32,000 nucleotides of DNA from Gammaproteobacteria bacterium (GTDB taxonomy: Bacteria > Pseudomonadota > Gammaproteobacteria > JBIOEC01), in the NCBI GenBank assembly GCA_965279305.1, contig OZ257143.1, positions 750,001-782,000 on the forward strand, in the 5' to 3' direction. The notes under the pieces were generated by a model. That model did no database searches, was not told the DNA's origin, and saw only the letters and a list, made by a program, of their open reading frames with translations. Within the stretch, counting starts at the first letter, position 1; each line of letters begins with the position of its first letter. Below are positions 16,871 to 25,794 of the stretch, in pieces. The position numbers and the translations under genes are program-made.

Positions 16871-18769
16871 ATGATGAATCAGCAGCACGCGCCTATTCAC
16901 GCACAAGAAATGTATAGTGTTTCTCAATGGGGAAATGGTTATTTTTCGATCAATGACAAAGGCCAGCTATGCGTGAATCCTGCTAGAACTGAGCAAACGC
17001 TTAACTTGCCTGATTTAGTTCATAATTTGCGCGAGCAAGGTTTGCGCTTGCCGTTATTACTGCGTTTTGTGGATATTCTGCAAGATCGTATTCATAGTTT
17101 ATACCAAGCATTTTCAGCAGGCTCTGTCCGTTGGGGATATAAAGGCAAATATACAGCGGTTTATCCTATCAAAGTGAATCAACAAGCGACTGTGGTTCAA
17201 GAAATTTTGCGTTATCCTAACGCGGCTGTAGGTCTTGAATGTGGCAGTAAACCTGAATTGATGGCTGTGCTTGCCATGCATAACTCACCAGGTAAATTAA
17301 TTATTTGTAATGGATATAAAGACAGAGAATATTTGCGATTAGCACTGATGGGAAAACAATTAGGCCATCAAGTATTAATTATTGTAGAAAAATTATCTGA
17401 ATTATCGTTAATTATGGAAGAAGCCAAAGATTTAGGCGTAACACCAGAGTTAGGAATTCGTATTCGTTTATCGGCTATTGGTAAAGGCCAATGGCAAAAT
17501 ACTGGCGGGGAAAAAGCTAAATTTGGATTATCGCCCACACAATTATTGCAAGCGCTAGAGATTTTGAAAAAAAATAATATGTTGGAATGTTTGTGTGCAT
17601 TGCATTTTCATATGGGATCACAAATTGCTAATATTCAAGATATTCAAATTGGATTGCAAGAATGTGCACATTATTACGTAGAATTAAAACGTTTAGGTGC
17701 ACCTTTACAATACATCGATGTGGGTGGTGGTTTAGGTGTGGATTATGAAGGTAGTGCTTCTCGCAGCTATTTTTCACTGAATTACACCATGACAGAATAT
17801 GCAGAAAACGTTTTACATATTTTTGCCACGGTTTGTGAAGAAGCGAATATGCCTCATCCTGATATTATTACGGAAGTAGGGCGCGCGATGACTGCACATC
17901 ATGCCGTATTAATTACCGAGGTAATTGATGTGGAGCAGCCTTTGAGTGATGTTATTGCTGTAGAACCTTCTGAACATGCATCGCCTTTGTTACATGAAAT
18001 GTACACGCTTTACAAACAATTAGGCCAACATCGTTTGCTTGAAAGTTATCACAATATTGTATACACCTGGAAAGAAGTGCAAAACCGATTTAACGTTGGT
18101 TCTGTTAATTTAGAAGAAAGAGCGCATGCAGAGCAAATTTATGTGGCTACTTGCCGTCAAATATTAAAATTATTGAATTCTAATTTACGCGGTCATCGTG
18201 AAATTTTAGATGAATTAAAAGAAAAATTTGCGACTAAATATTTTGCTAATTTTTCCTTATTTCAATCCATTCCTGATGCATGGGCATTGCGCCAAGTATT
18301 TCCCGTATTACCTTTAGATCGTTTAAATGAACCTTTAACCGAATTTGGTGTATTAAGCGATCTTACCTGCGATTCTGATGGTTGTTTAAAGCATTATTTA
18401 CACGGCCAAACCACCGATACCTGCATGATGTTACCTGCGTATCAGCCTAATAAAGAGATGTTAATGGGCATTTTCTTAGTAGGCGCTTATCAAGAAATTT
18501 TAGGAGATCTCCATAATTTGTTTGGTGATACCGATGCCGTTAATATCCGTCTTAGCACTAAGAATGGTGAGCTAAACTACCAAGTAGAGCATATTCAACC
18601 CGGTAACTCGGTCTCTGATGTACTGCGTTATGTGAATTTTGATATGGATGCGGTGGTTCACTCTTACCAACGTCAGGTAAAACAAGCCGGTCTTACCCCT
18701 TCTCAGCAGCAACGTTACTTGAGCGAGCTGATGGCAGGCCTACATGGATACACTTATTTAGAAGAATAA
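16871..18769 (+). CDS. speA: biosynthetic arginine decarboxylase
   Basis: The SpeA N-terminus (YSVSQWGNGYFSINDKGQLCV), the PLP-lysine motif (AVYPIKVNQQ), HFHMGSQI, IDVGGGLGVDYEG and GAYQEILGDLHNLFGDT are present. 632 aa. Confidence 0.95.
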   Translation: MMNQQHAPIHAQEMYSVSQWGNGYFSINDKGQLCVNPARTEQTLNLPDLVHNLREQGLRLPLLLRFVDILQDRIHSLYQAFSAGSVRWGYKGKYTAVYPIKVNQQATVVQEILRYPNAAVGLECGSKPELMAVLAMHNSPGKLIICNGYKDREYLRLALMGKQLGHQVLIIVEKLSELSLIMEEAKDLGVTPELGIRIRLSAIGKGQWQNTGGEKAKFGLSPTQLLQALEILKKNNMLECLCALHFHMGSQIANIQDIQIGLQECAHYYVELKRLGAPLQYIDVGGGLGVDYEGSASRSYFSLNYTMTEYAENVLHIFATVCEEANMPHPDIITEVGRAMTAHHAVLITEVIDVEQPLSDVIAVEPSEHASPLLHEMYTLYKQLGQHRLLESYHNIVYTWKEVQNRFNVGSVNLEERAHAEQIYVATCRQILKLLNSNLRGHREILDELKEKFATKYFANFSLFQSIPDAWALRQVFPVLPLDRLNEPLTEFGVLSDLTCDSDGCLKHYLHGQTTDTCMMLPAYQPNKEMLMGIFLVGAYQEILGDLHNLFGDTDAVNIRLSTKNGELNYQVEHIQPGNSVSDVLRYVNFDMDAVVHSYQRQVKQAGLTPSQQQRYLSELMAGLHGYTYLEE

Positions 18770-19048
18770 GTGCTGTCATGGGGACTCCCGTAGCAGTCGC
18801 CGCTATGTATGTCAATAAATAATAAAGTTGTACACAGATAAAAAGTACTGTGCATTTATAGAGATTTTGATGCCTGATTTTTTAATGTCTTCTTAGGGTT
18901 TCTCTGTAACTCATTGAAAAACAATAAGAAAAAACAAAATCTAGCATGCGGTCTATAGTTAAATAACTGTACCAAGGTCAGACAGCTTATTATATTTTGA
19001 ATACTTATTAACAAAGTTATCCACAGGTTACAAATCTCAAGCACAAAT

Positions 19049-19810
19049 ATGACAATGTCTCAATTTACGATCCCTAAATTTACCGTTACCACTACTGATC
19101 CTCATTCAGAGGGAAAAGCACAATTGTTAGCGAAGTCCTTGGGATTTCCATTCAAAATGCACGAACATCACGATTGGATGCTGATCCAAGAGACTGATCG
19201 CCTCTCTTTGCAATTCCCTAAAGCTAGAAAACCTTTCTGTGTAAATTTTGTACAAGGCTCGTTTTCCCAAAGACTAGAGCGTGCTACCCGAGGCCAAGAA
19301 CCGATTGCACGGGCAGTAGGCCTAAAATCGGGAGTGGAGTTAGCGGTCCTAGATGGAACCGCAGGTTGGGGCAGCGATGCTTTCTTATTGGCAAAATTAG
19401 GCGCTCATGTGATTGCTGTAGAGCGTTCGCCTGTAGTCATAGCCTTATTGAAGGATGGTATAGAACGCGCGCGTACACGTTATCCTGATGTGAATATAAC
19501 GCTACAGCAGGGTGACACAGTGGATTACTTGGAAAGCTTAAAAAACTTTCCTGATGTGATTTATCTGGATCCTATGTTCCCAGAAAGAGAAGATGCTGCC
19601 TTAGTGAAAAAGCCGTTGCAGTTGCTGCAAGATTTATTAGGCGAAGCCCAAGATGGAGAAGAGCTTGTAACCGCCGCATTAGGTTTACTAGATAAAGGCT
19701 TGGTGAAACGAGTGGTAGTAAAGCGTCCGATTAAAGCACCCGCGTTGGTCAAAGAGCCGCATCATATTATTGATGCCGGTATTATCCGCTTCGATGTTTA
19801 TGTAAAATAG
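19049..19810 (+). CDS. rsmJ: 16S rRNA (guanine1516-N2)-methyltransferase RsmJ
   Basis: It is colinear with E. coli RsmJ/YhiQ: AVGLKSG..LDGTAGWGSDAFLLA, ERSPVVIALLKDGIERA, VIYLDPMFPER..ALVKK and RVVVKRP. An alternative ATG is at 19055. Confidence 0.9.
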   Translation: MTMSQFTIPKFTVTTTDPHSEGKAQLLAKSLGFPFKMHEHHDWMLIQETDRLSLQFPKARKPFCVNFVQGSFSQRLERATRGQEPIARAVGLKSGVELAVLDGTAGWGSDAFLLAKLGAHVIAVERSPVVIALLKDGIERARTRYPDVNITLQQGDTVDYLESLKNFPDVIYLDPMFPEREDAALVKKPLQLLQDLLGEAQDGEELVTAALGLLDKGLVKRVVVKRPIKAPALVKEPHHIIDAGIIRFDVYVK

Positions 19811-19822
19811 CAGGTTTTAAGC

Positions 19823-20200
19823 TTATTTTTTTGAAATATAGCGAACATTGGGTAAATTTTCGAAATCTATATCTTGTGTCCACAATGTGGCATTGAATTT
19901 TCTAGCGGTGGCATAGATTAGACTATCAGCCATAGGTAATTTGTACTCCAGCGAACATTGAGCTGCTTCTAAAGCTAGATTAGTATCTACATCAACTATG
20001 TGCTTTGCTTGTTGAATATGCGCAACGACTTCTATGGCTTGTTCGTGGTCACGAGAAAGTGCAATTTTTTTGTATACCTCGTAAATAATAATAGTAGGTA
20101 CAACAAGTTCATTAGGTTTGAGTATTAAGGACGCAAAAGTATTGGCATTTTTACCATCACTAAAAAACTCGATCCATCCTGATGAATCAACGAGGTTCAT
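19823..20200 (-). CDS. vapC: type II toxin VapC (PIN-domain ribonuclease)
   Basis: The PIN acidic quartet is in the expected order: D5 (NLVDSSGW), E41 (IIIYEVYKK), D92 (PMADSLIYATA) and D110/D112 (WTQDIDF). 125 aa. A 4-nt ATGA overlap links it to the upstream antitoxin gene. Confidence 0.85.
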   Translation of the reverse strand: MNLVDSSGWIEFFSDGKNANTFASLILKPNELVVPTIIIYEVYKKIALSRDHEQAIEVVAHIQQAKHIVDVDTNLALEAAQCSLEYKLPMADSLIYATARKFNATLWTQDIDFENLPNVRYISKK

Positions 20201-20406
20201 AGATCCCGATCCTTTTCGCGCTCTATCTCAGAATCCATCCCTTTCAAGAAACCGCGCATTTCTTTCATAGGTTTTATAGGCACAAGCTCTAGATGGCCTC
20301 CTACACAGACGGCCTCTAATTTTTGCCCGGCATGTAATGATAGCTGTTGTCGGATTTGGCGTGGAATGGCTATCTGAAATTTTGAGGATATTGTCATTGC
20401 ATACAT
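20197..20406 (-). CDS. vapB: type II antitoxin, AbrB/MazE/SpoVT-fold (VapB)
   Basis: The swapped-hairpin DNA-binding motif is present (TISSKFQIAIPRQIRQQLSLHAGQKLE..GGHLELVP). 69 aa with an acidic C-terminal tail. An AGGAGA Shine-Dalgarno lies 8 nt upstream. Confidence 0.8.
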   Translation of the reverse strand: MYAMTISSKFQIAIPRQIRQQLSLHAGQKLEAVCVGGHLELVPIKPMKEMRGFLKGMDSEIEREKDRDL

Positions 20407-20446
20407 TTTACATATCTCCTATCGATAAGGTGTCTACTTACCTTTT

Positions 20447-20475
20447 AGTATACGATAGGGTTAATGTAAAGTCAA
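20447..20475 (-). promoter_or_regulatory. near-consensus sigma-70 promoter of vapBC, with an overlapping inverted-repeat operator
   Basis: Minus strand: TTGACT (20475-20470), a 17-nt spacer, then TATACT (20452-20447). Inverted repeat CCTATCG / CGATAGG on the plus strand at 20418-20424 and 20453-20459. One arm abuts the -10 and the other overlaps the Shine-Dalgarno. An inner palindrome TATCGATA is at 20420-20427. Confidence 0.5.
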
Positions 20476-20501
20476 AATATCAAGACTTGGGGGATTATGG
20501 C

Positions 20502-21275
20502 TTAACTAGGTTCTGAAACAGGAGCCGCAGCTGGAGCAGGCGCTCCTCTGTTACCCAGCTTGGCCAAAAGACTATCAAAAACTTTCGTTGTTTCATCCAT
20601 ATTTTTTATCACTTTTGCGGTATCAGATTTAACAGCAGCTCTATGATCCATTTCTCGTCCGTCAACTATGCTATAGCGCTGGACTACTACAGCAAGTTCT
20701 GCTTTTACTTGTTCCACAAAAACAGTTTTAAAAATGGTTGCAACAGAAGCTAATTCAGAAGCGTCTTTTGCTTGAGTGATAATTTCGCTTCTCATCACAT
20801 TTACTTCAGCAATAAGAGGTGCTCGAGTTGATATAGTACCATCATCTCCTTTCTCTTTTCCGTGGCGAGTTTTCTGCTCTAAGGCTGTTACTAACTGCAA
20901 AATGGTTGCATTTATTGCACTATTGGCTTGTTCAATGGCTGTGATATTGTCATCTTCCGGCTGCATATCATTGAGCTCGAATACCTGACTTTCAGCACCT
21001 TCCGATGCGATTTCTCGGAGTTTTGTAGCCAACTCGCGCAATAAGGTACATTGTGTTCTAGTCACATTACCTGCCCAGCTAAGCTGGGTATAAGCACTAT
21101 TTTTAACGCCCTGGATGATGGGCAGGGCACCAATAGCAGTGAAATAAAACGTTGCAGGGAACACAGTAGCATGCAAGCCCAGTAATTCCCATTTGGCTTC
21201 TTTAGACCAAGCAGCAGCCATCGCATCTAGTTTGTCAGCTTGGGCTATTATCGTATTACGTAAATTACTTCTCAT
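20502..21275 (-). CDS. hypothetical protein (orphan; helical, one hydrophobic hairpin-like segment, Ala/Pro-rich C-terminus)
   Basis: An uninterrupted 257-codon ORF with its own promoter. I recognise no family motif. A hydrophobic stretch (LLGLHATVFPATFYFTAIGALPIIQGV) covers aa 31-57. The C-terminus is NRGAPAPAAAPVSEPS. Confidence 0.6.
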   Translation of the reverse strand: MRSNLRNTIIAQADKLDAMAAAWSKEAKWELLGLHATVFPATFYFTAIGALPIIQGVKNSAYTQLSWAGNVTRTQCTLLRELATKLREIASEGAESQVFELNDMQPEDDNITAIEQANSAINATILQLVTALEQKTRHGKEKGDDGTISTRAPLIAEVNVMRSEIITQAKDASELASVATIFKTVFVEQVKAELAVVVQRYSIVDGREMDHRAAVKSDTAKVIKNMDETTKVFDSLLAKLGNRGAPAPAAAPVSEPS

Positions 21276-21307
21276 ACCACTACCTATTATTTGAATATCA
21301 TAAGATG

Positions 21308-21336
21308 ATTTTACCGACTAACTAATAGAATATCAA
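21308..21336 (-). promoter_or_regulatory. putative sigma-70 promoter of the 257-aa orphan gene
   Basis: Minus strand: TTGATA (21336-21331), a 17-nt spacer, then TAAAAT (21313-21308), ending about 32 nt upstream of the ATG at 21275. Confidence 0.4.
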
Positions 21337-21408
21337 CTTTCTCGATATTAGCGATTTAAGAAAATATATTGAGAAGAGAAAAAAGCAAGATATAGAGTTT
21401 TCTAATGG

Positions 21409-23067
21409 TTATGAAGAGGGTTTTTGGCGGCTTAAGAGTAGGGTGGTGAGGCCGAAGAAGCCTAGGGCTGCGCTCACTAATATGCCTAAAGAGGGTGATA
21501 TATAATTCACAGCGGCTATTTCATTGGCAAACAATAATAGGGTGCATAACACAACGCTGCCCATCAATGTGGTAATACCTACGCCGCTCCAAAAAGAATT
21601 AAATATAGACGTGTTTCTTTTTTGGGGTCTATCTTGTTTGGCTTTCAGTGACGCTTGCAAGTTAGCGTAGATAAGTCCAGGGAATTCAGGAAGATGTGCC
21701 GCTAATTGAGGCGCTTGTTTTTTTATTTCTTTAATAATGCCGCGAACACCTGAATGTTGGTTGATCCATTTTTCAACGGATACACGAGCGACCTCAAAAA
21801 AGTTAACATTAGGATCTAATTGTCGGCTTAAGCCTTCTACGTTAATTAATGTTTTTTGTAATAATATTAATTGAGGTTGTATCTGCGCTTTAAATTGCGC
21901 CGCTGTTTTTAAAAGCCCCATCATCACTTTGCCAAACGAAATATCTTTTAGTGGTTGTGCCAATAAAGGTTCGCATACGGCACCAATGGCGCTAGCAAAA
22001 TGATCGATGCGAGTATCACAAGGAACCCAGCCCGATTCTACATGCAGCTCAGCAATACGGCGGTAATCGCCTTGTAAAAATGCATGTAAGTTTTGGGCAA
22101 GGTATCGTAAATCGTTAGATTCTAAATGGCCTACAATGCCGAAATCGACCAAAATAATTTTAGGTGTTACTAAGGATTTTTCACATACAAAAATATTGCC
22201 CGCATGCATATCCGCGTGAAAAACTCCTTTTTCAAATACTTGCAAGAAAAATAAACGGCTAATATTTTCAGATAATTGTTTTAAATTGATACCACTTTTT
22301 TTCAAACGATTCATATCGTTTAGCGGAATACCATGAATACGTTCCATGACTAAAAAATCAGTTCGAGTCAGCGGCCACATTACTTCAGGTATTTTGACAT
22401 GAGATAAATCACTGAGCTGTCTACGTGATTGCGCCATATTGGCGGCTTCTTTTAAAAAGTCTAATTCAGAATAAATGGTTTGTTCAATTTCTTTCACTAC
22501 CGAAAGTAAACGAGCTCCATGAGGAAGTCTAAAAGAAGCTCTACGCGCGAATGTTTTAAGTAACGACAAATCTCTGGCAATAATTTTTCTGATATTAGGG
22601 CGCAATATTTTTAAAACTACATGATCTCCATTCAGCAAAACAGCGGCATGCACTTGAGCAACAGAGGCAGACGCTAATGGCAAAGGATCTACTTCTTTAA
22701 ATACCTCTGACATGGGTTTACCTAAGGCAGCATTGATAATGCTAGCAATATCAGGCTTAGTAAAAGGAGGTACTTTATCTTGAAGCTTCACTAATTCATC
22801 GGCAATATCATCAGGCAAAATATCACGTCGTGTGGAAATTAATTGGCCGAATTTAATAAAAAAAGGACCTAATTCTTGAAAAGCTAAACGCAAACGTTCG
22901 CCTCTAGAAAGCTGTTTTTGCTTTTGTTTATACCACGGGTTCCATTGTGTTAATTTCGCTAATGGTCGAAAGCGAGAGTTTTCAAGAATAACAATATCTA
23001 ATAAGTGATAGCGTAATATTGTGCGTTGAATTTGCCAAAGACGGATCGCATGAGAGATAGGATTCAT
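21409..23067 (-). CDS. ubiB: ubiquinone biosynthesis regulatory protein kinase UbiB (ABC1/ADCK family)
   Basis: The UbiB N-terminus (RLWQIQRTILRYHL...RLRLAFQELGPFFIKFGQLISTRRDILP), the kinase-like motifs (ASVAQVHAA, FHADMHAGNIF, DFGIVG) and two C-terminal TM helices are present. The start overlaps the ubiJ stop (TAATG). Confidence 0.95.
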   Translation of the reverse strand: MNPISHAIRLWQIQRTILRYHLLDIVILENSRFRPLAKLTQWNPWYKQKQKQLSRGERLRLAFQELGPFFIKFGQLISTRRDILPDDIADELVKLQDKVPPFTKPDIASIINAALGKPMSEVFKEVDPLPLASASVAQVHAAVLLNGDHVVLKILRPNIRKIIARDLSLLKTFARRASFRLPHGARLLSVVKEIEQTIYSELDFLKEAANMAQSRRQLSDLSHVKIPEVMWPLTRTDFLVMERIHGIPLNDMNRLKKSGINLKQLSENISRLFFLQVFEKGVFHADMHAGNIFVCEKSLVTPKIILVDFGIVGHLESNDLRYLAQNLHAFLQGDYRRIAELHVESGWVPCDTRIDHFASAIGAVCEPLLAQPLKDISFGKVMMGLLKTAAQFKAQIQPQLILLQKTLINVEGLSRQLDPNVNFFEVARVSVEKWINQHSGVRGIIKEIKKQAPQLAAHLPEFPGLIYANLQASLKAKQDRPQKRNTSIFNSFWSGVGITTLMGSVVLCTLLLFANEIAAVNYISPSLGILVSAALGFFGLTTLLLSRQKPSS

Positions 23068-23684
23068 TATTGAGCCTCTATATATTTTAAACGAACGGCG
23101 GCTCGCTCTACATCATTTCGTAATTGATCCACATCTTTTAAAAAATCGTCCACTTCTAAACGAGAAGGCAGATGTTGTGTTTCTTGCTGTAGAAATTCGG
23201 TGGTATTTAAACTGATATTTTCAGTCATATTTTTAGACCACTGCTGAAAATCACCTGCGGCTTTTCCTATATTAACTGCGGCGCCGTCACCTACAAATTT
23301 AGCTAATTGCTCTTCCCAATCAATGGATAAGCCAGCAAAAATATGTTGTAACTGCTGGGCTAAATGCACATCACCTTGAACAGATACTTCGCCGCCCAAA
23401 TCACGGTGTTCGGGAGCCATGAGCAGTTTTAGCATACTTAACGGAGTGTTTGATGAAAACAAAGCATCGGGGACTTTAGAAGATTGAAAAGATAAAGTAA
23501 CACCTTCAGCTTGAAGGTAAATATACACGGTAGTATTTAAGGCGCGCCATTCAACGGCTAATAATTTGCCTGATAATAAAGCAACTTTTTCTAAGCTTTC
23601 TGGATCAAGGGCTAAAGCGGTGTTTATAATGCGATTAAACGGTTTTAAAATCAGTGAACTCAAATCAAATAGGCCGGGGCACAT
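23067..23684 (-). CDS. ubiJ: ubiquinone biosynthesis accessory factor UbiJ (SCP2 domain)
   Basis: It sits between ubiE and ubiB as in E. coli (ubiE-yigP-ubiB). It has an SCP2-like N-terminal part (INTALALDPESLEKVALLSGKLLAVEW) and a C-terminal amphipathic helix. 205 aa. Confidence 0.8.
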   Translation of the reverse strand: MCPGLFDLSSLILKPFNRIINTALALDPESLEKVALLSGKLLAVEWRALNTTVYIYLQAEGVTLSFQSSKVPDALFSSNTPLSMLKLLMAPEHRDLGGEVSVQGDVHLAQQLQHIFAGLSIDWEEQLAKFVGDGAAVNIGKAAGDFQQWSKNMTENISLNTTEFLQQETQHLPSRLEVDDFLKDVDQLRNDVERAAVRLKYIEAQ

Positions 23685-23692
23685 AATCTTTC

Positions 23693-24442
23693 CTACGTTT
23701 TATATCCTGAATGTATGGCTATTACTCCGCCAAATAAGTTTTCGTAATCTACTTTAAAAAAACCAGCGGTGCCAAGCATCTCGGCAAGTTTTGTTTGGTT
23801 AGGATGCATGCGCACCGACTCAACCATATATTGATAACTATCACGATCGCCGGTTACCCATTTGCCGATTTGAGGTAACAATTTAAATGAATACGCATCA
23901 TAACATGGTTTAATCCACGCTTGAGGCTGAGAAAATTCGAGAATTAATAATTGTCCACCTGGGCGCAGCACGCGATACATGCTTTCTAGTGCTTTTTCTT
24001 TATTAGTCACATTACGCAACCCAAAACCAATAAAAATGCGGTGAAAATAATTGTCGGGGAAGGGAAGTGTCTCGGCATTACCTGCTACATATTCTACTTG
24101 AGGATGGCCCTCATTCAGTAAACGATCGCGGCCTTGCAGTATCATTTTTTCATTAATATCAGCTAACACCAAGTGTCCGGTGCGGCCTAATTTTTTAGCC
24201 ACCATGGCACTTATATCTCCGGTGCCTCCAGCTAAATCTAATACCGCTTGGCCTGGTTGTATATTGGCTTTTTGTACAACGTGACGTTTCCAGAGACGGT
24301 GAAAACCTAATGACATGACATCATTCATAATATCGTAGCGGCCTGCCACAGAATCAAAAACCCCGCGTACACGCGAGGTTTTTTCTTCCGGTGTTACCTT
24401 TTGGTAACCGAAATGAGTTAAATCATCATGATCATTTTTCAT
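23693..24442 (-). CDS. ubiE: bifunctional demethylmenaquinone / 2-methoxy-6-polyprenyl-1,4-benzoquinol C-methyltransferase
   Basis: Motifs FDSVAGRYDIMNDVMSLGFHRLWK, the SAM motif VLDLAGGTGD, FGLRNVT and GGQLLILEFS are present. 249 aa. Confidence 0.95.
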   Translation of the reverse strand: MKNDHDDLTHFGYQKVTPEEKTSRVRGVFDSVAGRYDIMNDVMSLGFHRLWKRHVVQKANIQPGQAVLDLAGGTGDISAMVAKKLGRTGHLVLADINEKMILQGRDRLLNEGHPQVEYVAGNAETLPFPDNYFHRIFIGFGLRNVTNKEKALESMYRVLRPGGQLLILEFSQPQAWIKPCYDAYSFKLLPQIGKWVTGDRDSYQYMVESVRMHPNQTKLAEMLGTAGFFKVDYENLFGGVIAIHSGYKT

Positions 24443-24448
24443 ATAATC

Positions 24449-25789
24449 CTAAAGAATATATTGGCTAAGATCCGTATCTTGCGCCAATTTACTCACATGT
24501 TCATTCACATAATCTGCATTAATTTGAACTACAGTATTTTTTAATTCACTAGCATCGTAAGACAATGTTTCCATTAGTCTTTCCATTACCGTATACAAGC
24601 GTCTAGCGCCTATATTTTCGCTGCTTTCATTCACATGATACGCAAGCTCGGCAATACGTCTGATCCCGGAATCTTCAAATTCAATTTTAACATTTTCTGT
24701 TTTTAATAGCTCTTTGTACTGATGAGTTAAAGAAGCGGTAGGTTCTTTTAAGATCCTAACAAAATCTTCTACACCTAAAGGCTGTAATTCAACACGAATA
24801 GGTAAACGGCCTTGTAATTCAGGTACTAAATCAGAAGGACGTGATAACTGAAACGCACCAGAAGCAATAAATAAAATATGGGTGGTATTTACCGCACCAT
24901 ACTTAGTGGTAACCGTACAGCCTTCGATTAAAGGTAATAAATCGCGTTGCACACCTTCGCGTGATACATCAGCACCCATGGTGTTACCGCGAGAAGTGAT
25001 TTTATCGATTTCATCGATAAACACAATACCGTTTTGTTCCATATTTTGTAAAGCGCGTGTACGCACTTCTTCTTCATTCACGAGTTTTGAAGCTTCTTCT
25101 TCACGGACAGCTTTAATGGCTTCTTTTACTTTTAGCTTGCGTTTCTTTTTACGATCGCTGCTTAAGTTTTGAAACATGCTTTGCAATTGAGACGTCATTT
25201 CTTCCATACCAGGAGGGGCCATAATTTCTACACCTACATTGCTGGTCGATAATTCAATTTCAATATCTTGATCGTTTAACTCGCCGCTTTGTAGTTTTTT
25301 ACGAAATAATTGGCGTGCAGCTGATTCACCTTCTTCTGCTTCTTCACCACCAAATTTTCCACGGATAGGCGGTAATAGCGCATCTAAAATACGATCTTCG
25401 GCAGCAGCTAACGTGAGCTCTTGCACTTTTTCAATTTCAATCGCACGTGTCATTTTTACAGCAACATCAGCGAGCTCGCGAATAATAGAATCTACATCAC
25501 GTCCTACATAACCGACTTCACTGAATTTGGTCGCTTCTACTTTGATAAAAGGCGCTTCTGCTAATTTAGCTAAGCGGCGTGCAATTTCAGTTTTACCTAC
25601 ACCGGTAGGCCCAATCATTAAAATATTTTTAGGAACAATTTCATTACGGAGTTGTTCATCTGAAATTTGTTGACGTCTCCAGCGATTACGAATGGCAATG
25701 GCCACAGCGCGTTTAGCATCTTGTTGACCAACAATATGTTTATCGAGTTCTTGTACAATTTCTTGTGGGGTAAAATGTGATTGAGACAT
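24449..25789 (-). CDS. hslU: HslUV protease ATPase subunit HslU
   Basis: Motifs [26 protein letters not shown], Walker [27 protein letters not shown] and FIASGAF are present. 446 aa. Confidence 0.97.
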   Translation of the reverse strand: MSQSHFTPQEIVQELDKHIVGQQDAKRAVAIAIRNRWRRQQISDEQLRNEIVPKNILMIGPTGVGKTEIARRLAKLAEAPFIKVEATKFSEVGYVGRDVDSIIRELADVAVKMTRAIEIEKVQELTLAAAEDRILDALLPPIRGKFGGEEAEEGESAARQLFRKKLQSGELNDQDIEIELSTSNVGVEIMAPPGMEEMTSQLQSMFQNLSSDRKKKRKLKVKEAIKAVREEEASKLVNEEEVRTRALQNMEQNGIVFIDEIDKITSRGNTMGADVSREGVQRDLLPLIEGCTVTTKYGAVNTTHILFIASGAFQLSRPSDLVPELQGRLPIRVELQPLGVEDFVRILKEPTASLTHQYKELLKTENVKIEFEDSGIRRIAELAYHVNESSENIGARRLYTVMERLMETLSYDASELKNTVVQINADYVNEHVSKLAQDTDLSQYIL

Positions 25790-25794
25790 AATTT

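Noticed and set aside
16752-16874. A 40-codon upstream ORF (MTYQSQCFWLENTLKNPIKIVLALRSSWYTLAIFFTYEAE) whose TGA overlaps the speA ATG (ATGA). It could be a leader peptide controlling speA.
   Set aside because: The only Shine-Dalgarno-like sequence (AAAGGA) abuts the ATG with essentially no spacing. The best speA promoter candidate lies inside this ORF. speA has its own GAGG ribosome-binding site. I know of no precedent for a speA leader peptide. It is worth a look only if ribosome profiling shows occupancy.
18830-18858. A possible speA terminator hairpin (CACAG-N10-CTGTG followed by a T-containing stretch), and an imperfect hairpin at 18772-18796.
   Set aside because: The stems are only 5 bp, or contain mismatches and several wobble pairs. 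Neither is followed by a proper U-tract. They are not convincing enough to annotate.
19017-19025. The perfect DnaA box taken as a marker of the chromosomal origin (oriC).
   Set aside because: There is only one perfect box and one weak box. There is no cluster of boxes, no AT-rich 13-mer unwinding element, and no dnaA, dnaN, gidA or mioC context in the window.
18856-19044. A 62-aa minus-strand ORF in the speA-rsmJ gap.
   Set aside because: It has a GTG start with no ribosome-binding site. Its composition reflects AT-rich non-coding DNA. It would be transcribed against both neighbours.
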